The notes under the pieces are model-generated. The model did not search any database. It had not been told where the DNA came from and was given only the letters and a program-made list of their open reading frames with translations. This document shows positions 19,699 through 29,337 of a stretch of DNA of 64,000 bases, in pieces. How positions within the stretch are numbered: position 1 is the first letter of the stretch; each line of letters begins with the position of its first letter. Location of the stretch: contig CAVOXA010000001.1 of NCBI GenBank assembly GCA_963700285.1, positions 1,376,001 through 1,440,000 on the forward strand, in the 5' to 3' direction. Position numbers and translations under genes: made by a program. This DNA comes from an uncultured Chloroflexia bacterium (lineage in GTDB: Bacteria; Chloroflexota; Anaerolineae; JAAYZQ01).

Positions 19699-20682
19699 CT
19701 ACAGGTAGCCATACTGTCGGAACCAGGCAAGTGTATCGCTCACGGTTTCAGAAAAAGGGCGGGACTGGAAACCAAGCTCCTCCCTTGCCTTGCTCGTGCT
19801 CAGTGCCTGCCACTCTGCCACCGTCTTCAAGTGCTCCAGAGGTAGGGGTTCGACGAGTGGCAGGTGGCCGAGTGCTTCTCCGAATCTGACCATCCCCCGG
19901 ACCAATCCCAGCGGGGCACGCCACCGAGGCGGCCGAACCCCTGCCTGCTCGGCGGCCATTGTAAGAGCCTCACGCACGGCCAGGTTCTCGCCGCCCAGGA
20001 TGTATCGCTGGCCTTCCCGGCCTCTTTCCGCGGCAAGCACCTCGCCCACGCCCACGTCGCGAGCATCAACAACATTCACATCAAGATCCAGCCAAATGGG
20101 AAAGCGACCCTTGGCCACATTCAGCAGAATCTCCCCTGTTGTCGGTTTGACGTCCCACGGGCCGAATATTGCGGAAGGGCAGACGATGACCACCGGTAAC
20201 CCTGCTGCAACGGCCCGCCAGGCCTCTGCCTCCATGGCCCATTTGGTCTCAAAATAGGCACTCTTTGTGCTTCCAGGTAGGTAGTAGTCCCGCTCGTCGG
20301 CCAGGCGGCCTTTCTCGCCTGGGGACGCAACTGTTGTGAGCGTACTGGTATATACCAGCTTGCCGATGCCGGATTTGGCAGCAGCCTCAAGTACGTTGCG
20401 CATCCCACCCACGGCTGTCCGAAGGGAACCGTTCAAGTCCAGTGAGTGACGTGGATAGAAAGCTGCCGCGTGAAAGACCACATCACAGCCACGCATGGCT
20501 TGGAGCAGCGACTCGGGGGCTTCAAGATTGCCTGTGGCCTGCTCCACATCGAGGCCGTCGAGCATCCAGGTTTTGCTCTCGGCCCGGCGAAACGCTCGGA
20601 CCTGCCATCCTCTCTCGAGGCAGGCACGGACAACGTTGTTGCCGATACAACCTGTGGCTCCCAAAACCAAGGCCCTGGTCAC
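19699..20682 (-). CDS. NAD-dependent epimerase/dehydratase (HpnA/dihydroflavonol reductase-like)
   Basis: GATGCIG, VFHAAAFY, YFETK, GPWDVKPTTG. Confidence 0.88.
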   Translation of the reverse strand: MTRALVLGATGCIGNNVVRACLERGWQVRAFRRAESKTWMLDGLDVEQATGNLEAPESLLQAMRGCDVVFHAAAFYPRHSLDLNGSLRTAVGGMRNVLEAAAKSGIGKLVYTSTLTTVASPGEKGRLADERDYYLPGSTKSAYFETKWAMEAEAWRAVAAGLPVVIVCPSAIFGPWDVKPTTGEILLNVAKGRFPIWLDLDVNVVDARDVGVGEVLAAERGREGQRYILGGENLAVREALTMAAEQAGVRPPRWRAPLGLVRGMVRFGEALGHLPLVEPLPLEHLKTVAEWQALSTSKAREELGFQSRPFSETVSDTLAWFRQYGYL

Positions 20683-20781
20683 TCTTGCCCAGACCTCCCT
20701 GACGCCTGTTCTGGGCCGATTTGCATTCGGGCACCGTACTTGCTTAGCTTACTCACTTGCTCCATTGCCTGTTCCCCCGCC

Positions 20782-22599
20782 TCATCGGCGTCCAAATGCT
20801 TTCTCCAGCTGCTCGACCGTGAAGTGTAGGATGGTTGGCCGGCCGTGAGGGCAGGTTCGGGGCGCCTCGCACTGCTCGAGTTGGCGCACCAGATGCTGCA
20901 TCTCTTCGTGGGAAAGGGTTTGCCCGGCTTTGATGGCGGCCCGCTTGCACACGGCGGCGACGAGCTGTTCTTCTGCTTGAGACGCCAGTGGATCGTCGCC
21001 TTGCCGCAACATCTCCAGGATGTCCAGCACCGCAGCCTGGACATCCGGCACGACCAGGATCGAAGGGACCGCTCTCATGAGATAACTGGCTCCACCAAAA
21101 GGCTCCAGCTGAAAGCCGGCCTGGTTGAGCCTGTCCAGGTGTTCGGCCAGAATCCCTGCCAGCAGCGGATCAAGATCCAGGGCCATGGGCTCGAGCAGCG
21201 TCTGCGACTTGACGACTTTTTGCGTGACCTCTACCATCATCTGTTCGTAGAGGATGCGCTCGTGGGCGGCGTGTTGATCGATGAGATACATGCCCTGCGG
21301 GCCCTCGGCCACAACGTAGGTTTGTCCTACCTGGCCGATGGCACGCAGCAGCGGCAACCGTACCGGTCCCACGGACTGTAGATCACCGACTGCGCTCAAG
21401 CCGTAAGGGTCGCCGGGCGGGCCAGTGAGCTGGTCCTGCTTGTCGCCTGTGCGGTACAACTCCATTGCCATCTGGGTGTCGATCTGTTCGCCCAGTCCGG
21501 CGGCGAGCAGGCTCTGCCTGCGCTGCCAGTGGGGAGTGGGCCATGTCCGCGTTGCCTCATGAGCGGAGGATGCGGGCCCGCGTTCAACCAGTGCGTGTCG
21601 TACGGCTTTCTGTACTGCACTGAACACCGAGCGCCCGTCGCGAAACTTGACCTCCCGCTTTGTGGGATGAACATTCACATCCACCTCGGCCGGGTCGATC
21701 TCTAACATCAGTACCGCTACTGGATGTCGTCCTATGGGCAGCAGTGTATGGTAGGCTTGTGCCACAGCGTGAGCAAGTGAGATGTCTTGAATCCAGCGCC
21801 GGTTGACAAAGAGAGTGATGTAGCTCCGGTTGACCCGGTTCAATGAGGGAATCCCGGTGTACCCGGTGACTGATGGGGAGCCAGCGCCGGCGGTTTCCCC
21901 GACCGTAGGCTCGGATCCTTCAGTGGTCATGACTTCCAGCATTTGCTCAGCCACTTCAAGCCCGTACACCGCGATCAAGACGTCGTAAAGATTGCCGCCA
22001 CCGCTTGATTGAAATGCCTGGCGTCCATCAATCGTCAAGCTGGTACGAATGCGAGGATAGGCGAGGGCATAGCGCGTGATAATGGCGTGGATGTGACCCG
22101 CTTCAGTCCTGGGCTGGCGCAGGAACTTGAGGCGGGCAGGCATGTTCTGAAACAGGTGCTCAACTGTGACTGTGGTACCTACCGGGCAGCCATGGCCCTC
22201 TTGCCGGGTGAGCCGGCCCCCGTCCAACTTTAGGAGTTGCCCCAAGTCCTGCTCAAGGGGGCGTGTAAGAAGCATCACTTGACTCACCGCAGCGATACTG
22301 GCAAGTGCTTCTCCGCGAAAGCCAAGCGTACCAATCCTGTCCAGATCAGACACATCGGTCAGCTTGCTCGTGGCATGGCGAGCGAATGCTAGGGGCGCCT
22401 CTTTGGCGGGGATACCCGAACCGTTGTCAGCGACCCGGATCAGGCGGCGTCCCCCGTCACGGATCTCAACCCGGATGTCAGTGGCACCAGCATCGAGACT
22501 ATTCTCAAGCAGTTCCTTTACGACAGAGGCAGGGCGTTCTACCACTTCGCCGGCTGCGATTTTCCCCGCCACTTCGGGCGGCAGCACTTTGATTTCCAT
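20782..22599 (-). CDS. mutL: DNA mismatch repair endonuclease MutL
   Basis: IAAGEVVERPASVVKELLENSLDAGA, GFRGEALASI, DQHAAHERILYE, CPHGRP. Confidence 0.98.
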   Translation of the reverse strand: MEIKVLPPEVAGKIAAGEVVERPASVVKELLENSLDAGATDIRVEIRDGGRRLIRVADNGSGIPAKEAPLAFARHATSKLTDVSDLDRIGTLGFRGEALASIAAVSQVMLLTRPLEQDLGQLLKLDGGRLTRQEGHGCPVGTTVTVEHLFQNMPARLKFLRQPRTEAGHIHAIITRYALAYPRIRTSLTIDGRQAFQSSGGGNLYDVLIAVYGLEVAEQMLEVMTTEGSEPTVGETAGAGSPSVTGYTGIPSLNRVNRSYITLFVNRRWIQDISLAHAVAQAYHTLLPIGRHPVAVLMLEIDPAEVDVNVHPTKREVKFRDGRSVFSAVQKAVRHALVERGPASSAHEATRTWPTPHWQRRQSLLAAGLGEQIDTQMAMELYRTGDKQDQLTGPPGDPYGLSAVGDLQSVGPVRLPLLRAIGQVGQTYVVAEGPQGMYLIDQHAAHERILYEQMMVEVTQKVVKSQTLLEPMALDLDPLLAGILAEHLDRLNQAGFQLEPFGGASYLMRAVPSILVVPDVQAAVLDILEMLRQGDDPLASQAEEQLVAAVCKRAAIKAGQTLSHEEMQHLVRQLEQCEAPRTCPHGRPTILHFTVEQLEKAFGRR

Positions 22600-22710
22600 T
22601 CTTGGTCCTTGCCAAGTTGTGAACTGTGACAGGCGATCCTACCCTGGATTGTACCACATAGGGGCGCCTTGAGACAAGACCCGGTAGATCCAAATCCATG
22701 CCCTCATTTG

Positions 22711-22739
22711 TTGACAAGCCTGATCCCTTGGTGTATAAT
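22711..22739 (+). promoter_or_regulatory. Consensus sigma70 promoter of the riboflavin transporter operon
   Basis: TTGACA-17 bp-TATAAT upstream of the FMN riboswitch. Confidence 0.8.
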
Positions 22740-22789
22740 CCAGCCAAGCCAGCCCCAGATTCTGGGTCTGGGTCAGCGTCAATCGACAA

Positions 22790-22964
22790 GCTTTCGGGGC
22801 AGGGTGAGGCGCAGGTGCGCCAAATCCCGACCGGCGGTGTGGTTGGTTCCGAGACGCAGAAGGAACTGGTCAAGCCCGCGAGCCTCCCCTTGGTACCGAG
22901 CCAACGGGGTGGGTGGATCCGGTGAGAATCCGGAGCCGACGGTAGAGTCCGGATGGGAGAAAGT
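22790..22964 (+). ncRNA. FMN riboswitch (RFN element)
   Basis: TTCGGGGCAGGGTGA...AATCCCGACCGGCGGT...AGCCCGCGAG...GATCCGGTGAGAATCCGGAGCCGACGGTAGAGTCCGGATGGGAGAAAG. Confidence 0.95.
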
Positions 22965-23042
22965 GGTTGGCGTTGGGTGCGATACTGAGCGGGTTTCGTT
23001 TTCGCGAACCAGGCATCTGGCCGCTCAGACCGCCGGGAACCT

Positions 23043-23078
23043 GCCCCGAAGGCTTTTTTGCCTTTGGGGCTTTGTGTT
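23043..23078 (+). terminator. Riboswitch-controlled terminator
   Basis: GCCCCGAAGGC-TTTTTT-GCCTTTGGGGC then TTTGTGTT; CTGCCCCGAAGG (23041-23052) is also complementary to the aptamer 5' end CTTTCGGGGCAG (antiterminator), giving OFF-switch logic. Confidence 0.8.
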
Positions 23079-23097
23079 GGATGCTGAGAACGTGACT

Positions 23098-23970
23098 ATG
23101 TATGTGGATAGAAACAAGGCCGGAAGCATAACAGACGCTCACCACCTTGAAGAGGAGCGACGAGGCTTCACCTACAGGTGGCCAAGGCGTTTGAGCCGGC
23201 AGTACTATGGCCGGCAAAGGTGGGAGATCTTGCTGGTCCCGGTGGCCATGGTTGGTTTCGTGGGAGTGTGGGGGCTCGTCGCGCATCTGGGCGATTATCC
23301 ATCCTTCTTGTTGCCTACCCCTTGGCAGGTATGGACCAAATTCGTCAAGGTGGCTGCAGACGGTACGCTTTGGTATCATACGTCCATTACGCTGCTCGAA
23401 ATCTTGGGGGGATTGGCTGTGGGGCTGACGGTGGCGACGGCTCTGGGCTATCTGCTAGCCAAATCACCCTTTGTGGAGCGGCTATTGTCGCCCTATATTA
23501 TCGCCAGCCAGTCGGTGCCTATTGTGGCGCTGGCCCCCTTGCTTATCATCTGGTTTGGTTTTGGGCTGACCTCCAAGATTTTGGTCTGCGCCCTGACGAT
23601 CTTTTTCCCAGTTCTGATCACGACCATCGTTGGCATCCGGTCAGTTGAGGAAGACTTGATGGACCTGATGCGCTCACTGCAGGCCAGCCGCTGGCAGGTA
23701 TTCAGATTCCTCGAGGTGCCGGCTGCCACGCCCGTGATTCTGGGAGGGTTGAAGGTTGGGGTCACGCTGTCTGTGATCGGGGCGGTCGTGGGTGAGTTTG
23801 CTCAATCTGACCGGGGCTTGGGATTTCTGGTGAACCTGGCCAACCGGGGGTTGTTCGATACGCCATTGATGTTTGTTGCGCTCTTTGTACTGATGACCAT
23901 TGCGCTTGGTCTGTACGGTATCGTCTCCTTTTTGGAGTCAGTGCTATTGACTTGGCGGCGAGGAAGCTGA
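23098..23970 (+). CDS. ribX: ABC permease, NitT/TauT family; probable riboflavin transporter RibX
   Basis: QSVPIVALAPLLIIWFGFG, AVVGEF motifs; directly under an FMN riboswitch. The longer ORF call from 22669 runs through the riboswitch. Confidence 0.8.
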   Translation: MYVDRNKAGSITDAHHLEEERRGFTYRWPRRLSRQYYGRQRWEILLVPVAMVGFVGVWGLVAHLGDYPSFLLPTPWQVWTKFVKVAADGTLWYHTSITLLEILGGLAVGLTVATALGYLLAKSPFVERLLSPYIIASQSVPIVALAPLLIIWFGFGLTSKILVCALTIFFPVLITTIVGIRSVEEDLMDLMRSLQASRWQVFRFLEVPAATPVILGGLKVGVTLSVIGAVVGEFAQSDRGLGFLVNLANRGLFDTPLMFVALFVLMTIALGLYGIVSFLESVLLTWRRGS

Positions 23971-24019
23971 TTCTGTTAGATCCGCGAGGGGCGCGGATTG
24001 CCCAGGCTGGAGGAAAGCT

Positions 24020-25504
24020 TTGAAGCTGGGTCTGATCTTGCTGGGGGCAGGCGTGGTGACCGAAGCAGTGTATTTGGCGGTAACGCTGCGGCTGCCGTGG
24101 TGGCGCTATGGTGGGGCCTTGCAGAGCTGGCGCGAACTGTTGGGGGCAGCCAATGGGGCGTTCTGGGCCTGTCTGGCAGGCGTACTGGTCGTATTGATTG
24201 CCTATGTCTTGGGCTGGCGCGTTGTTCGCGGGTTGAATCGGTGCCAGCAGAGGGTGCGGGGGAGGCTCGTTTGGTTCTTTGCTCTGGTGTTTTGCGCCAC
24301 GTTGTTCTGGCTAATGCCCATTACTTCTGATCTGTTCAACTATCTGAGCCAAGCCCATCTGTTCACAGACCTGGGAGCTAACCCCCTGCTTGAGCCTGCC
24401 GTGGCAGTGAATGAAGTCGTTTTGGCCAGGGATGGTGCTGCCGATCCGCTGCTGTCGACCTATGCAACCGCGTATGCTGCTACACCTTCGATCTATGGAC
24501 CTGCGTGGACACTTGTCTCAGCGCCAGCGACTTATGGGAACTTGAACTCGGCCTTCGGGCTGTTCTATCTGAAAGGTCTGGCCTGCCTGGCTTTTCTTGG
24601 TTCTGCCTGGCTTGTACAGCAGATCGTCGGGAAGCTCCGGCCTGCCGCGGCAATGGAAGCCCTGTACCTCTTTGCCTGGAACCCCCTTGTTTTGCTGATG
24701 GCTATCGGCGACGGACACAATGACATGGTGATGATGGCCGCAGTTCTATTGGGATTCTGGTTCCTTCTGCAGGACTCCTGGGCCCTGGCTTTTGGTGCCC
24801 TGGCTCTTTCGGCATCCATCAAATACGTTGGCGCCCTTTTTCTTCCACTCTTTGTCCTGTATATCTGGGATAGACCAGGGCGTGGAAGTCGGCGCATGCC
24901 ATGGTCCGCGCTGCTACAGGGTGGGTGTGCTACTGTAGCCGTGACAGGCTTGCTGTATGCGCCCCTGGGATCCTTGGAGTGGGCCGGCAGCGTACTCTAT
25001 CGTCTGCTCAGGCCAGAGAGTTGGGCACTGACCTTTGCCCCCCAGTGGGCAGCGAGGACATCTAGGACTGTGTTTGGGGATGGCACTGTTTTGCCGGAAA
25101 TGCTGGCATGGCTGCCTACCCTGGCACTGGTTATCGGGCTTTTGGCATTCTCTGCGGTGTATCTCTTCCTGACCACGAGATTGGCGTTGGGACTGAAGGG
25201 GGAGTACCTGAGCACAGGTCAGTTCGGGGAGACCCGGCAAAGGCAGGGATTATTCTCTGTGCGCGAGACCCAAACGCAACGGCTGTTCGAAGCTGGCTTT
25301 ACCGTGTCTCTGCTGATCTTTGTTCTGGGAGCGGCGCGGAGTCAGCCATGGCACCTGATATGGCCGGCCTCACTGGCAGGCCTGTCGGCGCGGCGGTGGG
25401 CGTGGCTTCCAGTCATTGCTCTGTCGGCCGTTATGCTACTGAGCCAAATCTGGGTCGAGTGGGGGACTCCCGACCTGGTGACCCTATTCTCGGAGGCAAT
25501 ATGA
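24020..25504 (+). CDS. Polytopic GT-C glycosyltransferase (MptA/MptB alpha-1,6-mannosyltransferase-like)
   Basis: DLFNY...ANP, SIYGPAW, LFAWNPLVL...GDGHND, SASIKY, QPWH; many TMs. Confidence 0.72.
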   Translation: MKLGLILLGAGVVTEAVYLAVTLRLPWWRYGGALQSWRELLGAANGAFWACLAGVLVVLIAYVLGWRVVRGLNRCQQRVRGRLVWFFALVFCATLFWLMPITSDLFNYLSQAHLFTDLGANPLLEPAVAVNEVVLARDGAADPLLSTYATAYAATPSIYGPAWTLVSAPATYGNLNSAFGLFYLKGLACLAFLGSAWLVQQIVGKLRPAAAMEALYLFAWNPLVLLMAIGDGHNDMVMMAAVLLGFWFLLQDSWALAFGALALSASIKYVGALFLPLFVLYIWDRPGRGSRRMPWSALLQGGCATVAVTGLLYAPLGSLEWAGSVLYRLLRPESWALTFAPQWAARTSRTVFGDGTVLPEMLAWLPTLALVIGLLAFSAVYLFLTTRLALGLKGEYLSTGQFGETRQRQGLFSVRETQTQRLFEAGFTVSLLIFVLGAARSQPWHLIWPASLAGLSARRWAWLPVIALSAVMLLSQIWVEWGTPDLVTLFSEAI

Positions 25505-26580
25505 ACTTGACGTGCCCCTTGTCGATGCCCGTTGTACGGTCTGTGATGAGGAAGCGGCGTGCGAGCACGGCCGTGCTCCTCTTGGCTGGGCTGTCCATGC
25601 TGGGCATCCTTCTGACAGGCTGTGAAGCGACCGATCAGGATGAAACGACCGAACCGGTGACCCTGGCCATGGGCTTTGTACCCAATGTCCAGTTTGCGCC
25701 ATTCTACGTGGCTCTGGAAAAGGGCTATTTTGCCAACGAGGGGATCCAACTCGAGTTTGACTATGGTTGGGAGACCGATCTGCTGAAACTTGTGGGCAGC
25801 GAAGGTGCGGGTACGGACTCTGGTCTGCAGTTTGCCATTGGCAGTGGCGATCAGATTATCCTGGCTCGCAGTCAGGGCCTGCCTGTCGTCAATGTGCTGA
25901 ACTGGTACCGGCGGTTCCCGGTATGTGTCGTCTCCTTGCAGGATACGGGCATCAGTGAGCCGGCCGACCTGGTGGGGCGGCGTGTTGGGACTCCGGCGAC
26001 TTATGGCGCGAGCTATATCGGCTGGCGCGCGCTACTCGAAGCGGCGGGTTTGGACGTCACTGCGATCGAGTTGATCTCGATTGGGTATACGCAGGTTGGG
26101 GCTCTTTCCGAAGGCCAGGTAGACGCAGCACTTTGCTACGCCATGAACGAGCCCGTGCAGATGCAGGCTGCCGGACAAAAAGTCGACGTAATCTATGTGG
26201 CTGACTATGCAAACCTTGTCTCCAACGGCATGTTCACCAACGAGAAGACGATCCGAGAACAACCGGAACTGGTACAGGGTATGGTACGAGCGGCATTGCG
26301 TGGACTTGCCTATACCCTTGAACACCCAGAGGAGGCTTTCCAGATATCACTCAAGCACTTGCCCGAAGCGGCTGCCGATGCTGAATCCGAAGCTGTCAAT
26401 CGGGCGATTCTGGCCAAATCGATCGACTTTTGGCAGGCGGAGCCCGGTGAGCTTGGCCGCTCCAGCCAAGATGAATGGGATGCCGCGGTGCGCATCATGC
26501 AGCAGATGGATCTCGTCGAGCCAGGGTTCGATACGGGACAGATGTTTACGAACCGGTTTGTAGAGGGCGCTGGGCCCTAG
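25501..26580 (+). CDS. ribY: ABC substrate-binding lipoprotein, NMT1/THI5-like; probable riboflavin-binding RibY
   Basis: Lipobox LLTGC; MGFVPNVQFAPFYVALEKGYF, GASYIGW; ATGA overlap with the upstream gene. Confidence 0.8.
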   Translation: MNLTCPLSMPVVRSVMRKRRASTAVLLLAGLSMLGILLTGCEATDQDETTEPVTLAMGFVPNVQFAPFYVALEKGYFANEGIQLEFDYGWETDLLKLVGSEGAGTDSGLQFAIGSGDQIILARSQGLPVVNVLNWYRRFPVCVVSLQDTGISEPADLVGRRVGTPATYGASYIGWRALLEAAGLDVTAIELISIGYTQVGALSEGQVDAALCYAMNEPVQMQAAGQKVDVIYVADYANLVSNGMFTNEKTIREQPELVQGMVRAALRGLAYTLEHPEEAFQISLKHLPEAAADAESEAVNRAILAKSIDFWQAEPGELGRSSQDEWDAAVRIMQQMDLVEPGFDTGQMFTNRFVEGAGP

Positions 26581-26581
26581 A

Positions 26582-27391
26582 ATGAGACCCTTGTTGGAGG
26601 CAGCGTCCCTCTCTTACGTCTATCATGGACGCCGGGGGGATCTCCTGGCCTTGGACCAGATGGATATGGTTGTTGGCGAGGGCGAGTTTCTGGCTATTGT
26701 AGGTCCCTCCGGCTGTGGAAAGAGTACATTGTTGCGGCTCCTTGGCGGGCTGCTGGTCCCAACAGCAGGTCAAGTCCGCCTGGACATCCAGCGCCAGCAG
26801 TTGCGGGCGGGGTCAAGCGACGCCGCCTCACCTTCAAGACCGCTGGGTCGCCGGCTGGGGCCTGAGGTGGCCGTTGTCTTCCAGAATGCGAACCTGATGC
26901 CCTGGCGCACGGTTCTGCGCAATGTGATGCTGCCACTGGAGGTGGCAAGAGTGCCGCGGGAGGAGTCGGAACGGCGCGCCGGGAAGCTTTTGGGGGCGGT
27001 TGGGCTGGCGGGTTTTGAGCAGGCCTATCCCCGAGAGCTTTCCGGTGGTATGGCTCAGCGGGCCGCCCTGGCCCGGTCTCTGGTTGGGGACCCAGCCCTG
27101 CTGCTGCTCGACGAGCCCTTTGGTTCCCTTGATGCGCTGAGCCGTGAGAGGATGAACCTGGATCTGCTCCGCATCTGGCGCGATCAGGGGGTCACTGCGG
27201 TGATGGTTACCCACGATCTCGAAGAGGCGGTGTTTCTGGCAGATCGAGTGCTGGTCATGTCAGCACGACCGGGCCGGATCTGTGCTGAGGTGCAAGTGGA
27301 TCTGCCCCGGCCGCGGACCCTAGAAGTTACATACACAGAGTTCTTTGGCGTTCTTTCTCGGCGGGTACGCGAAGCGATTGGGAGCGCATGA
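26582..27391 (+). CDS. ABC ATP-binding subunit (NitT/TauT family)
   Basis: GPSGCGKST, LSGGMAQR, LLLDEPF. Confidence 0.95.
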   Translation: MRPLLEAASLSYVYHGRRGDLLALDQMDMVVGEGEFLAIVGPSGCGKSTLLRLLGGLLVPTAGQVRLDIQRQQLRAGSSDAASPSRPLGRRLGPEVAVVFQNANLMPWRTVLRNVMLPLEVARVPREESERRAGKLLGAVGLAGFEQAYPRELSGGMAQRAALARSLVGDPALLLLDEPFGSLDALSRERMNLDLLRIWRDQGVTAVMVTHDLEEAVFLADRVLVMSARPGRICAEVQVDLPRPRTLEVTYTEFFGVLSRRVREAIGSA

Positions 27392-27422
27392 TCACTATCA
27401 ATGTAAGGGAGGATGCGATACC

Positions 27423-27656
27423 ATGAACAAGATAGTCAACATCACCACAGGGCTGGTTCTGGGTGCGGTGGTTGGTGCAGGCATGGTCTTACTCTTGGCC
27501 CCACAGAGTGGGGAGGACACACGGCAGGGGATCCGCGACCGCGTCCACGAGATTCTGGCCGAGGGGCAACATGCAGCCGAAACGCGGCGGCTTGAGCTGG
27601 CGGACCGCTTTGAGACGCTCAAACAGCCTGGAGGACAGACCCAACCGACGCGGTGA
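27423..27656 (+). CDS. YtxH-domain small membrane protein
   Basis: GLVLGAVVGAGMVLLLAPQSGEDTR; RBS GGGAGG. Confidence 0.85.
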   Translation: MNKIVNITTGLVLGAVVGAGMVLLLAPQSGEDTRQGIRDRVHEILAEGQHAAETRRLELADRFETLKQPGGQTQPTR

Positions 27657-27859
27657 CTGGGCTAGTGGATTATCCGGGCCTCTAGGGCTAGCTCGCCCCT
27701 GCGAGGCCGCACGCCAGCGGAACCTCTACGTATAGTGCGCGCGCCCAGAGACCCGAAGCGATATGGCGCCTGGCCAGGAGCAGGACTTGTACTGCCGCCT
27801 CTGTCCGTTTCGCCTGCTGTCTCTTGCCCTTGGGCTTGGTCAGTCGCGAAGCGTGGAGT

Positions 27860-29296
27860 CTAGAGCTGCCCGGCCTCCATGGCTGACAGCAGCGCCATGC
27901 CTTTGTGTATGGGATCGGCAGCAACGCGCTGGGCCAGTGCCCCGGCCTGAGCCTGGGCTTCAGCCCGCACAGCGGCCTGATCGGTGCAGAGCAGCTCGCC
28001 GTCACGTATCAGCACCTGTCCGGCTACCATTACCATCTTGACTTCGTGCCCGCTTCCAGCGTAGACCAGGTTGGGCACAATGTTGCGTACGGGCAGATCC
28101 ACGACCGGGGAGAGGTTGGGTGAGCTCAGATCCACCAGGATAACGTCAGCCTGTTTGCCAACTTCTAGCGATCCAATCTCCTCTCCCAATCCGATTGCCT
28201 GGGCCCCCTCCACCGTGGCCATTCGCAGAACCTTCCAGGCAGGCATGACTGCGGGGTCGCGTGACTGAATTTTGTTAAAGAGGGCTGTGAGCTTCATCTC
28301 GTTAAAGATGTTGTTGCAGTTATTGCCGCTGGCCTGATCAGAGCCGAGCGCTACCATGCCTCCAGCTTCCTGGAAAGCCCGGGCTGGGGGGACGATACCG
28401 TCGATGATGCCAATGCTGCCAGAGCAGAGGGCCATGCGTGCCCCGCGTCGAGCGATCAGCGCAGCCTCGTCGTCGGTGGCCTCGGTCAGGTGCACGGCTA
28501 GCAGTTGCTCATCCAGATAACCCAAATCGTCCAGAAAGGCAGGCGTCCGCTGTCCATAGCGCTGGACTAGTTGATCGATCTCGCGATCCCCCTGGGCAAC
28601 GTGCATGTGGATCATCCACCCTTGGCTATCCGCGACTCGCTTGATTTGGAGGAGTTGCTCTCGAGGGATCATATCGGGTCCCTGCGGGCCAAGCATGACG
28701 GAAATCCGCCCGTCAGCAGCACCCTGCCACTCCTGGCAGAAGGCAATGGCTGTGTCAGCGGCTGCCTTGCCGGCCTCCAAATCAAAGGGATAGAGGTCCC
28801 CGACCTTCCAGCCTGCCATGTCCCGCGGCGGGAGGGCGCTGATCCTGGGTGTGAGCCGGGCTCGAACGCCAAGCTCAACAAAGGCTTCGGGCCAGCCGGG
28901 GTAGGGCACGGCATAGTCACCCATCGTCGTTGTCCCCGCCATGAGGGCCTCCACGACGTTGAGGCGCGTCCCGGCCAGGGATGCCTGTGGGGTGATGTGC
29001 CGGGTATAGGGGGCCAAGGCGCGCTGCATCCAATGCGTCACGTCCTGTGCCACGCCGCGGATGATGGCCAGTGGTGTGTGCATGTGGGCATCGATCAGGC
29101 CTGGCAGCACCGCACAGTCTGTTGCATCAACGACGTCAATGGCCTCATAGCGTGTGGACAGCCTGGCAGTAGCTCCCACCGCGACGATGCGGCTCCCCTG
29201 TATCGCCACGGCACCGTCGGCCAGATAGCCTACTCCCTTACCCGCCATGCTGAACAGGTGGGCGTGAGTTATGAGTGTGTCAGCCCGTTCGGCCAC
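27860..29296 (-). CDS. Amidohydrolase (MtaD/SAH-deaminase-like)
   Basis: PGLIDAHMH, HMHVAQ, AVH, LGSDQ, GSLEVGKQAD. Confidence 0.9.
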   Translation of the reverse strand: MAERADTLITHAHLFSMAGKGVGYLADGAVAIQGSRIVAVGATARLSTRYEAIDVVDATDCAVLPGLIDAHMHTPLAIIRGVAQDVTHWMQRALAPYTRHITPQASLAGTRLNVVEALMAGTTTMGDYAVPYPGWPEAFVELGVRARLTPRISALPPRDMAGWKVGDLYPFDLEAGKAAADTAIAFCQEWQGAADGRISVMLGPQGPDMIPREQLLQIKRVADSQGWMIHMHVAQGDREIDQLVQRYGQRTPAFLDDLGYLDEQLLAVHLTEATDDEAALIARRGARMALCSGSIGIIDGIVPPARAFQEAGGMVALGSDQASGNNCNNIFNEMKLTALFNKIQSRDPAVMPAWKVLRMATVEGAQAIGLGEEIGSLEVGKQADVILVDLSSPNLSPVVDLPVRNIVPNLVYAGSGHEVKMVMVAGQVLIRDGELLCTDQAAVRAEAQAQAGALAQRVAADPIHKGMALLSAMEAGQL

Positions 29297-29337
29297 GATG
29301 ACTCCTTTCAGTTGCGGGCCCGCTCCCTGGATGGGCT

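Noticed and set aside
22669-23097. N-terminal extension of the 433-aa permease ORF
   Set aside because: Runs through the promoter, FMN riboswitch and terminator; the real start is at or after 23098
25108-25500. N-terminal extension of the 490-aa SBP ORF
   Set aside because: Overlaps the GT-C gene; RBS and lipoprotein signal fit a start at 25501 or slightly later
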